Below are positions 10,207-20,500 of a DNA stretch of 64,000 bases, piece after piece. Location: IMG/VR virus record IMGVR_UViG_3300017773_000003; one strand, written 5' to 3'. The notes below the pieces were generated by a model. It did not search any database and was not told the origin of the DNA. It was given only the letters and a program-made list of their open reading frames with translations. The translations under genes and the position numbers were made by a program. This DNA is from an uncultured virus (IMG/VR IMGVR_UViG_3300017773_000003). Lineage: Duplodnaviria; Heunggongvirae; Uroviricota; Caudoviricetes. Positions within the stretch are counted from its first letter, which is position 1. The number at the start of each line of letters is the position of its first letter.

Positions 10207-13200
10207 ATGAGTATATGTAGAAATAATAATTTATTTGAACAAACATCAGCACAATTAGAAGCTGTAATACCTAAGACTCCGGAAGGAAAGCAATTAGTTA
10301 GTTTAAATGAATTTAAAAATTTTTTATACGGAACTTCTTTTAGTGAGCAAGTTAAAAGAAAAGACATTTTATTAAATCCTAATATAGCTTTTAGTAAAGA
10401 ATACGTAGATGCGTTTGGATCTGCTCTAAGCCGTTCCAGTAGATTTTCTTTACCTGCTATCGTACAGCACTTAAAAGAAAATAGAAAAACTATTACAGTT
10501 GGTAAAGAATTACTTGAAATAGATAAAGCATCTGATGCTGATATTATTAGATATGCTGCAAATCAATTTCAGTTGTATGCTGAGCAAGCTGTGATTGGAA
10601 AAACTTACAATGTTCAATCTATAGCATTAAAAAATGCTTTTGCTTTTTTATATGATTTTTATGCTAACGTAGAAAACTATGCAGATATTTTAAATTCTAC
10701 AGTAGTTGGTAACGCTACAGCAGATATAAAATTTGACAGCAAAGCTGCAGAAGATACAAAGGCTCCTTATTTAGTTAGAGCTTTAAGTAACAGTCAGAGA
10801 GCGTACATAAATGAAACTATGACATCAGATCTTTTTCATATGTTAGGAGAAGATGCAGACCCAGAAGCTCTTGCTAAAGTTATATTAAGAGAGGAAGGGT
10901 ACAAAGATATTTTAAGAGAAATATACGGAGGTCCTTTAGCTGGTAGAAATACAGTGTATAGAAATATGCAAGAGTATTACAAAAAAAGAGCAAATCAAAT
11001 AATAAAAGAGCATGGAAAAGAGCCGTCATCAGCTAGAAAGGCTCAATTAGTTAGAGAATACAACAATGTTGCAGAGCTCATAGATAAAGTAAATAAAGAA
11101 ACTAATCAGGTTGAGTCTTTAGGTCTTATAGGGCAAAATTGGGACACTATTATAAAGAATCATTTAGTGCATATGTCTAGGTATAATTTTAATCTAGATA
11201 CAACTACTATTGAGGATATTGCTACAGATGAAGTTCAGGATGAAAACGAAGTTAACACAAGAGACTCGTTAGGTATTACGCCTGCGCATGAAGTTAATCC
11301 TATATCTAGACTAAGTAGAGAAGTAAAAGCTATTTTAGAAACGTTACCTGAAGTGCAAGAATGGGATACAAAAAAAGGTAAATACATATTTGCACAAAAT
11401 AAATTAGGTGGAACTAAATTAGCAAACTTTAGTAAAATACAAGGTATAATGTATAAGACTCTTTCTAATAAAGAAGGGTTAGATGCAAAAATAGCTGCTT
11501 TACAAAAGCTAGCTGCTGAAAACCTTACATTTCAAATATTATTAGATAGATTAGGATTTGCTGCAGGGATGGACTTAATGGATTTAACACCGTTCCAAAT
11601 GCAGGTGTTTATTAGTTTAGCTAATTCGTTTAATAATGCTGGGCATAAATACCATATTGTGCAAGTAACAGATAAGGGGGCTAGAAATGTAATGAATGCT
11701 AACAAAGAAAGTGAGCACAATGCAGTAAAGCGTCTTTGGAAAGAAAATTTTACATATGCAATACAATCTAGTTTAGGAAAAGTTAATTCTAAAAAGCAAA
11801 GAGTTTTAAATTTAAACGCTCCATATAAAGGAGGAACATTAGCTGATGCTATAAAAGCTAATAAAGGAGTAGGTGATACGCTAGATCTTCTTGCTGTTTT
11901 AGGAATACAATTTACTAACCAAAAAGCAGTTACAGATTTATTAAACTATTCAGGGTATACTGATTATATGTCAGGTATGTCAACAACCGCAGATGATGTT
12001 TTTATAGCAAATGCTAATATGATATTAACTCAAATAGCTAAAAAAGATGGAGATATTATAAATGTGTTTGATTTAGATTTAGGAGGAAGATTTAATCAGT
12101 TAGTTGGGTTAGAACTAGAAACGTCAGATCAATTAGGTACTTTGAGCTTTCAAGGTATTGATGGGTCAAAAATATATGGTGTAAGCCTTAAAGGTTTTAA
12201 CGATGTGATGGCAGATCTTGTTTTTGAAGATAGCCACATTAAAAAAGCTATGTTAAAATCGCCTACTACACATAATTCTAAATATTTAAAATCTCGTAAT
12301 AAAATAGAAATAGCTACATTACTTGGTACAGTAGATACTGGTAGCCAGTTTAGTGCTTCTGTTGATCGTGCAGGGCTAGCAGATACAGCTGCACAAGAAG
12401 TGTCTTCTATATTAAGTGGGCATGTACCGTTTATTAAAGCAGGTAACAAAAAGACTCATACTACTATGAAGTTTGAAGATCCTGATTTTAATAGAACTAG
12501 AGCGCAGTTTGCGAAACAATTAATTGGATACTTAGAAGATGAAATTGTTACAGCACATGCTATAAAGCATGGGGCGGCGTCTCAAATAAAAGGATTAAGA
12601 GAAAAAGGAGCTAAATTGCAATTGTTTGCACAAAGTTCCAAAGATAGATTTAAAGAGATACAAAATATAGCTAATAGATTAATTGATGATCCAAATACAA
12701 CTAGAGCGCAAGTAACAGCAATGCTTAAAAATGAAGTTATAACTAGTACTATTGATAAGTACATGTTAGATGAAAGAGCTCAGTTAGTAAAGGATTTAAT
12801 AGAATATAATGTTATACAAAAAAAAGAAGGTTCTTTTACTAATGTTGCACTAGATAGCAATCAATTGATGGCTATTAACAAGGGGCAAGAAGCAAAATAT
12901 TTAACTCCTGCTTTAGTTAATAGAGTTGCAGAGCATATTTTTATGATTCGTACAGAATCAATGCATGAGCAATTTAAAATATTTTTAGGTCATCCTGCAC
13001 TGTACAAAGATTTGTTTAAAAGAACCTCTGGTTTAATTGGTCCTAAAAAATATCCAGTTACACATAGAGAAGTTCTTTCTTATGTAGATAAAAACTTTCC
13101 GTCTATAGTTAATCCAAACAGACATAAAGGAGGAAGAGACATAGGTACTGTACGGTACGTTACTCGAGCTGAAGTATTAGAAACTTCTAAGTATATAAAC

Positions 13201-16200
13201 GAGTATGTTCAAACATTATCTGCTTTAAAAGCAGAGCCAGCGTTAAAGAAGTTGATCCGTGACACATATAGTGACATGGAAATTTTTGATGGTGGTGGAT
13301 TTATTACGTTAGATTTTTATAGACTTACTAGGAGATTGACTGATTCTTGGAGTCAGGGGCATGAAGATGCATACAACAACGTTATTAATAATACTGCAAC
13401 ACCTGCAGACATGGCTAAACTAGATCCGCTTAAGCCTCAAGTATTTGCACAAGCGTTAGAAGATAACATTGATATTAGAATATTTAACAAGTTTGCACTT
13501 TTTCCTATTCACCCTAATTTATCTAGAGTTGTTGGGCAAGACGTCCCATTAATGATGGAAGAGATTCATCAAGATATGATAAACAATAATCTAGACTACA
13601 TGGTTATGGAGTCTGCTACTAAAGTAGGCGCTAAAACACGTAAGGATGGAGAGTTTGATCAGTATGTTAATGAAAATAATGATTACATGCCAATGGAAAC
13701 AGACGAAGCTGTCCAGGAGTATGATTTGAAATTCTTTGGTATACAAATGGACCCTAAAGGTAAGAGATCTAAAAGTGTATCTATTGGTACACAGAGTTTA
13801 TCTATGATGCTTACTAATATATTTAGTGAAGCTAAAGTGCAAAAGAAATATGTTGACGCTCCTTTTTCAGAAACTGAAACTTGGGAACAAGCGGCTAACA
13901 GATACCACACGTTAAACGGCGCTATAATCCAAAGAGAAACTCAAGTGTTAGCTAATAAGTTAGGATATGCTTATAATAAAGCTACTAATCAGTTTACTAA
14001 TTTAGGAGAGGCTGTTTCTAAAGAACTAATGAGGGATACTATCTTAGAAGAGTTAGATCGTAGAGATGTTTCTAGACTAATGCGTGAAACAATTATTGAC
14101 TTATTTGAAGGAGACGTAAACTTACTAAATCAAATACCAGAAAAATCTAGATTAGAGACTATTGTAAATTCTATTGTAACTAACTCAGTTATACGTCGTA
14201 AGATGAATGGGGATATGGTAGTGTTACAATCTAATTTTGGGTATGAAGTAAGTAATACAGCTAAAAAACAAAAAGACGCCGCACCTGAAATACAGGAGAT
14301 GGGTAAGCTTAAGTTTTATAGGAAAGAGAATGGGCCTATGAGTAAAACTTTAGCTATGCAGGTATATTTACCACACAGTTTTAAAGAGTTTTTAGGTGAA
14401 GAAGTTCCGACAGATTTAATTGATTTAAATGACCCTAGGATTAGAGAGCACGTAGGATTCCGTATACCAACTGAAGGGTATAATTCTATAGAATTTATAG
14501 AAGTAGTTGGGTATCTACCACAATCTGCTGGTTCTACTATTGTAGTACCATCTGAAATGGTTGCTAAGTCAGGAGCCGATTATGATATTGATAAATTGAC
14601 TTTATACATACCTAACACAAGATTTGTTGGTGGTAAGCTAGTTGTAGAGCCTGTTATTACTAAAGCATCTGAATTAAGATCTAGAGATCTTGGAGGCTAT
14701 AAAAATGTTATTTTAAAATTATTTGATCAAGATAAAGCAGTAAGCTTAATTCAAGAGCTTGATAATATATATACAAATAAAAAAACAACTAATGATTTCT
14801 TAAAAGCGTTTGCTAAACATCCAGTAATAAAAGCTAGAAAAGAAAGAATAGATCAGCTTAAAGAAGATAGAGAAGCAGCTTTAACTAAAGTTGATAAAGA
14901 AGATATATCTAAACAAATTAAAGATATTTATGAGGATATAAATACTCAATTATTGAATACTCCTGAAGGGATATTCCGAGGGCAAGACTTTAACAGAGAT
15001 GCTCTTTTAGGGTTTAAAGCTAAGCTACAAAATGATTTGACTAAAATTGATGATCAAGTTGAGCTACAAGGGTTTGAAGAATTACCGATGGAAGAAAAGC
15101 AAACAAAAGAGTATTTGCAGAATGAACTTCAGTTTTTTATGAAAGATGTACTTAGACATCCTTTAAGTTTTGATCAGTTAATTACTCCAGTAGGAGCGCA
15201 TGGATTAAAAGAATTAGCATATAGAATAGATGCTTTGGTAAATCCAGATAAGTATGTAGACCCAAATGCAGAAGTATTAGAGGAAAGACCTAAAAATCTT
15301 TTAGATGAGTTATCATTTAAAAATATTATTGAGCTTACTCGTACAATGTATCAAACATTAGGAGGTACAGGGATTGTAGCTACAAGTATGACGCACGCAA
15401 TTAAAGTTCAAAAGACAGGACTAGCTTTTAACAAAGAGCATAAATTTAATTTTAAGAATATATCTAAAATTGGAGCTCCTTCATTATCTAAAGTATATTC
15501 TAATAATTCTAAACGATCAATTAATTCTGAGATGCAGCAATATGTTACAGGTTATGTAGATGGTGAAAAAGATCCATTTGTAATGTATGTTAATGCAGGT
15601 AAAGATGCAGCCGCCGTACATATGGTATTATTAAGAGCTGGATTACCACTACAAGAAGTATTGTACTTTATGTCTCAACCTATTATTAGTGATTATTTAA
15701 GGATGAAAAGTCTAAATCAAAGTGTAGCGCTTAGAACAACTAAAAATGGCTATATGAGTGATGAAGACATAATAGGAGATTTATCTAATGGTAAAAAATA
15801 CGGTAATACAGCAATACAAGCTCCTACAGGAGGGCCAATGCAATTTACTTTGGAGCAGCTTAAATCAATGGTTGGTAAAAAATTAAAATCTGAAAAAGAA
15901 GGTAAACAACTTACACCTAATGATAAAAAAAGACAAAAAGCTATATTAACAGACTTTTTAGAATATAAAAAATATGCAGAAGAATTACGTAAACTGCAAG
16001 AAATACATTCTTACGACAAAGTTAAATTAAAAAATGGTAGTGAGAATATTTATATGAAAGCTATGGAAGAGGTTGTTGAGATAGAAGATAATTTTACTAA
16101 TCCTTTACTTTTAGTCAAAACTCCTACAAGCATGTTAAAATATAACAGAGATGCTTTATTTGCATCTAACACGTTATTAGGCCAAGTAGATCTTAAAAAT

Positions 16201-17505
16201 AGTAATAAAGCAATTAGAAACTTTTTTGTTCAAAAAGCTGTAGGACTTATAAATAATGGAATTCGTAAAGATGACGTTATATATACTCTAAACAAATTTG
16301 ATAATTTTATTACTGCAGCTTTAATCCAAAGCGTAGTAGTAAATGGAAACGAAACTATAGCAGATAAACGCTACAGTTTGATGCAAGGAGAAAATAGTTT
16401 ACCTAGACGAGTAAAGTCTTTACAAGATAGTTTAGAAGTTACAAATGTAGCTTTAGATGCATTTTTACCTATACTAGATAGTTATGTTCAAGGAGCAGTA
16501 GAAGCTACTTCAGACAACTTAAAGTTACGTAAAAGTGTTATGAATACGATGGATGTAGATGTAATTGCAGAAGAGATGAGAGAGCTAAAAAAAGCTCAGC
16601 CTGCTATTTATAGAGATCTTATTTATTTTAGCATGTTACAATCAGGCGTAGATTTTAATCCTAACGCTTTCTACAGTATTATACCTGCAGAAGATGTGCT
16701 ACCAATAACTAAATCTGCATTTAATGCGTTTGTTGGAAGAAATAATGTAACCAATGAGCTAGATAATATGTGGAAAAACTTTTATAATGCTAATTGGGAT
16801 AACAGCACTATTACTAAAATAAGATATGCTGGGAGCCAAGGAAGCAAAGCTGCAGCTATAGGTGCAGCTACAATTAAAGCAAAAGCTATTCCTAATGTTA
16901 AACAAAATTCTTTAACTATAAAATCTCCTGGAGGGTCCGCACATTACATGAGAGCTGATAGGGAGTCTGAGTGGCAATTAGCTGCTAAAAAAGGTATAAG
17001 AGGAAAATCAATTGAAGCTACTGATTCTGCTAGTATGTATTTAACTAATAGAATGGCTAAAATTGAAGGCGAATATAAAGCTGGACCTGAAGTGTCTAAA
17101 AAAATTGCAGCAGGGTATAAAATATTAAGCGCAGATAAAGCTGTCCTACCTTCTGGTGTATATGTGTTAACTGATGGTACTACTATACAAATTACAAAGT
17201 TTGATAAAGGTAGAGGTACATTAAATCAAATGATAAAACATCCTGAAGTTTTAGAGGCAGCTGGTGAAGAAAAATTATCTAGAGAGCAATTTGCTTCTAT
17301 GTTAGGGTATACAAGTTTTGCAGGCATGAAAAACTCAGCTGCATACAAAGGCTTTGTGTCTGGTAACAATTCGTTATATTTGTCTAAGATTGAGGTAATA
17401 GCAGTAGGAACTGAAACATTTACAGAGGCTGAGCCAAGGGAAGATGAAAATGATGGGAATGTAAATGATACTTTATTCCAAATTAAAAAAGAATCAAATT
17501 GTTAA
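10207..17505 (+). CDS. Virion-packaged single-chain DNA-dependent RNA polymerase (two double-psi beta-barrels)
   Basis: 2432 aa. Catalytic GADYDIDKL (DxDxD, ~14572-14598) is preceded by GFRIP (~14455-14469). Second-barrel-like motifs DGGGFIT, KPQ and KFALFP are present. This is typical of crAss-like vRNAPs. Confidence 0.9.
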   Translation: MSICRNNNLFEQTSAQLEAVIPKTPEGKQLVSLNEFKNFLYGTSFSEQVKRKDILLNPNIAFSKEYVDAFGSALSRSSRFSLPAIVQHLKENRKTITVGKELLEIDKASDADIIRYAANQFQLYAEQAVIGKTYNVQSIALKNAFAFLYDFYANVENYADILNSTVVGNATADIKFDSKAAEDTKAPYLVRALSNSQRAYINETMTSDLFHMLGEDADPEALAKVILREEGYKDILREIYGGPLAGRNTVYRNMQEYYKKRANQIIKEHGKEPSSARKAQLVREYNNVAELIDKVNKETNQVESLGLIGQNWDTIIKNHLVHMSRYNFNLDTTTIEDIATDEVQDENEVNTRDSLGITPAHEVNPISRLSREVKAILETLPEVQEWDTKKGKYIFAQNKLGGTKLANFSKIQGIMYKTLSNKEGLDAKIAALQKLAAENLTFQILLDRLGFAAGMDLMDLTPFQMQVFISLANSFNNAGHKYHIVQVTDKGARNVMNANKESEHNAVKRLWKENFTYAIQSSLGKVNSKKQRVLNLNAPYKGGTLADAIKANKGVGDTLDLLAVLGIQFTNQKAVTDLLNYSGYTDYMSGMSTTADDVFIANANMILTQIAKKDGDIINVFDLDLGGRFNQLVGLELETSDQLGTLSFQGIDGSKIYGVSLKGFNDVMADLVFEDSHIKKAMLKSPTTHNSKYLKSRNKIEIATLLGTVDTGSQFSASVDRAGLADTAAQEVSSILSGHVPFIKAGNKKTHTTMKFEDPDFNRTRAQFAKQLIGYLEDEIVTAHAIKHGAASQIKGLREKGAKLQLFAQSSKDRFKEIQNIANRLIDDPNTTRAQVTAMLKNEVITSTIDKYMLDERAQLVKDLIEYNVIQKKEGSFTNVALDSNQLMAINKGQEAKYLTPALVNRVAEHIFMIRTESMHEQFKIFLGHPALYKDLFKRTSGLIGPKKYPVTHREVLSYVDKNFPSIVNPNRHKGGRDIGTVRYVTRAEVLETSKYINEYVQTLSALKAEPALKKLIRDTYSDMEIFDGGGFITLDFYRLTRRLTDSWSQGHEDAYNNVINNTATPADMAKLDPLKPQVFAQALEDNIDIRIFNKFALFPIHPNLSRVVGQDVPLMMEEIHQDMINNNLDYMVMESATKVGAKTRKDGEFDQYVNENNDYMPMETDEAVQEYDLKFFGIQMDPKGKRSKSVSIGTQSLSMMLTNIFSEAKVQKKYVDAPFSETETWEQAANRYHTLNGAIIQRETQVLANKLGYAYNKATNQFTNLGEAVSKELMRDTILEELDRRDVSRLMRETIIDLFEGDVNLLNQIPEKSRLETIVNSIVTNSVIRRKMNGDMVVLQSNFGYEVSNTAKKQKDAAPEIQEMGKLKFYRKENGPMSKTLAMQVYLPHSFKEFLGEEVPTDLIDLNDPRIREHVGFRIPTEGYNSIEFIEVVGYLPQSAGSTIVVPSEMVAKSGADYDIDKLTLYIPNTRFVGGKLVVEPVITKASELRSRDLGGYKNVILKLFDQDKAVSLIQELDNIYTNKKTTNDFLKAFAKHPVIKARKERIDQLKEDREAALTKVDKEDISKQIKDIYEDINTQLLNTPEGIFRGQDFNRDALLGFKAKLQNDLTKIDDQVELQGFEELPMEEKQTKEYLQNELQFFMKDVLRHPLSFDQLITPVGAHGLKELAYRIDALVNPDKYVDPNAEVLEERPKNLLDELSFKNIIELTRTMYQTLGGTGIVATSMTHAIKVQKTGLAFNKEHKFNFKNISKIGAPSLSKVYSNNSKRSINSEMQQYVTGYVDGEKDPFVMYVNAGKDAAAVHMVLLRAGLPLQEVLYFMSQPIISDYLRMKSLNQSVALRTTKNGYMSDEDIIGDLSNGKKYGNTAIQAPTGGPMQFTLEQLKSMVGKKLKSEKEGKQLTPNDKKRQKAILTDFLEYKKYAEELRKLQEIHSYDKVKLKNGSENIYMKAMEEVVEIEDNFTNPLLLVKTPTSMLKYNRDALFASNTLLGQVDLKNSNKAIRNFFVQKAVGLINNGIRKDDVIYTLNKFDNFITAALIQSVVVNGNETIADKRYSLMQGENSLPRRVKSLQDSLEVTNVALDAFLPILDSYVQGAVEATSDNLKLRKSVMNTMDVDVIAEEMRELKKAQPAIYRDLIYFSMLQSGVDFNPNAFYSIIPAEDVLPITKSAFNAFVGRNNVTNELDNMWKNFYNANWDNSTITKIRYAGSQGSKAAAIGAATIKAKAIPNVKQNSLTIKSPGGSAHYMRADRESEWQLAAKKGIRGKSIEATDSASMYLTNRMAKIEGEYKAGPEVSKKIAAGYKILSADKAVLPSGVYVLTDGTTIQITKFDKGRGTLNQMIKHPEVLEAAGEEKLSREQFASMLGYTSFAGMKNSAAYKGFVSGNNSLYLSKIEVIAVGTETFTEAEPREDENDGNVNDTLFQIKKESNC

Positions 17506-17508
17506 ATT

Positions 17509-20500
17509 ATGTCGTGTAGAATAGAAAGAAGTACTGAAGGTAAAATAGAAACTGTAAAAACACGGTACGGCCAAGAGTCTCCTTTGTTTAAAGAAATGAA
17601 TTCTTTGATTAACGATGGTAGAAATGAGGATCTTGCTTACGCAGCTTACCTTAAAGCAACTAACGACGCGGCAAATATTGGTATTTTACAAGAGCCTGCT
17701 TTAGTAAATAACATTGTACAAAATGTCTTAATGGATGTTAACGATAATTTTGACAAATGGAATAACATAAGCAAAGAGCTAAAATTTTCTGAAGCTAACC
17801 AGCAACTACAAAATGATCTTTTTTACTTTTTAGATAAGATTGGCGTAAAAGTAGAAACAGTTGATACTTTAACAAATGATAGAGGTGAAACTATAAATGC
17901 TACAGGTTTAGCAGATCTTACTAATAGGACGGTGCAGCTAGTTACTGGTAAAGCAGACATGTCTACACTGACCGAAGAGACTGTGCACTTTATTGTGGAA
18001 GTTTTGAGAGCTGATGGTAATCCTTTGTTTAAGTCTATGTACAACATGATACAGGACTATAGTGAATATAAAGAAGTAGCTAACCCAGATGGGTTTTACT
18101 ACAAAAAGTACAATGGCGATATAGATCTACTTAAAAGAGAGGCTATAGCTAAAGTAATAACAAAGCATCTTATTAACGGAGATGTGGCAAATGAAAAGAA
18201 AGAGAAAGTATCGAGACTAGAAAGATGGTGGCAAAGAGTTCTAAACATGTTATCGAAAATGTTTGGAAAAACACAGACAGATCCCTTTGCTGAAGCAGCG
18301 CTTGGAGTTGTAAATCGTAGTCTAGAAAATGTAATGCAGAGTGACCCTGCCGGTATAGAGGTTAGCGGAGTATTTTATCAAGAAGATTTAAGTAAAAGTA
18401 TACTCGATCAGTTAGACGAGGATTCTAAAAATTATGAAAACAAGGAAATAACAATAGATAAAGTTACTAACGATGATTTAAAACGTCATTGGAAAAAGAT
18501 AGCAGGAGATGATCCTAAAATAAAGAGGTACGTAGCTATTGCTGGTCCATATAAAGGTAAAGAATTAAAGTTTCGTGGGTCAGATAGGACAGCAGAAATA
18601 TTTAAACAAAAATTTGTAGGATATAAAAGTGAGTCTGAAAAAGAATTAGACATGCATAATCAAAATATTCGTATGGCTATGGGTACTAAAGGCCACTTGA
18701 TTATGGAAGATCTAATTGATTACCATTTTGAAGGTAAAGGAAGCATTAATGCAATTATACAAGGTGTAGGTAGCATGATGAAAGCTGAGCATGTCAATAG
18801 ACTAAGTTTAGCTATGAAGTCTTTAAAGAAAACTATTGATGACCAACAAAAAGCTATAAACAAACAAAATGGTACTAAAGGTAAATATGTAATACGTAAA
18901 GAGCAATTTATAGCAGATGAAAAGAATCAGGTTGGGGGTACTATCGATATGTTAGTCCTATACAGTGATGGATCTGCTTCTATTTATGATTATAAGTTTA
19001 AAAGCTCTAATGCGCAATATTCTAAAGAAAGAAGAGGTAGACTAAGTATTACTGGTGATATGTTTGCTAGCAGTTTAGAAGGATACGATTCACAAATTGG
19101 TCACTATAAAGACGCCTTGTTGTCTAAGTATGGTGTAACAAGAGTTCGACAATCCCGGATAGTACCTGTAGCGGTTCGTTATGAGTCTAAAGATGGGAGG
19201 TTATCTAATTCATTAACAGCTTTAGAGGCTTATGTAGATCCTTCTATATTATCAAAAAAAGACGCTAAAAGTCAAATAGAATCTTTAGATGGAACAACAT
19301 TAGATTGGCTACGACCTATACCAGTTGCGCAAGAGACTACAGATGACAAACAAGTTAACAATCTTATAGAGTCTGAGATGCGAAGATATAAGAAGCTTGT
19401 AGTACAACGTAAAAATGCACCTTTTGCAGATAGAGCTGCTTTAGATGAAGTTATAAATGAATCTCTTGCAATGATTAGAGCTCTTCAACATAATAAAGAT
19501 ATAAGTATTGGGCTAACTAACATTTTTAAAATAGTTCGTGTTGCAGAGGCTGGTATAGGTGTGCATGACGAATTTATAACTAAAGAGGGAGAGCAAGTTT
19601 TAAATCCAAAGTACTTATCAGAAAAACAATTAAGAGAAGTGTATGGAGAGTTAATACATTTTCAAGCTTATACAACATTAAATGATGTTTCTAATAAAAT
19701 TAAAAAATCTAATACTAAAAATAGTAAAGAACTAGTTAAAAAGTTAGAAAGTGCTTCTTTTAGTATCGGTACAACTATTAAAGCTCTAGAAGAGTTTATG
19801 GTTGACCGTATGGATATGAGAGCAAAAGAAAAAGGTATTAATAATTTTAGATATAACAGAATTCAATCTAAAGTTAATTCTTATATCAATGTATCTCAGC
19901 AATCTAACCCTTATAGTAGATATGTAACAAATGTTATGAATAAAGCTAATGGGGCTAAAGTTAAGTTTGAAGCTAAGCTTATAGCAGAGATAGAAGCTCA
20001 AGACGAACTACTTAAACAGTATGCAGAAGAAAACGGTATGTCTCTTAGAGAGGTGTATGAACAAAAAATATTAAATAGTGATACTCATAATTTATATGCC
20101 AAATATAAAACAGAGTTTTACGACATAAAAAATGACCGCATAGAAAAGGGAGATCATTTGTGGATGAAAAAACATCACACAATAAATCTAGAAAGATTTA
20201 ATAGAGATTTTCCTGAGTGGCAAAAACGTGAGTACAATCGTATAGAACAACATTTTGGTCCTACAAACAAAGCAGGTATAAAAGCAGCTAAAGTTAAATG
20301 GAATAAAAGGTATGACTTATTAAACAGTACTCAAGCCTGGTTAGATGCAGGTAAATACTGGTTAAACATTAACGAAGAAGCTACTCAAGAATATGTTACG
20401 GATGAATTTAAAGAAATTCAAAGTGACTCAAGATTAAAATCTTATTATGATTTTCACGTTAATAAAATTAAAGAGTTTGGGGATAAATTTGGTAAAAATC

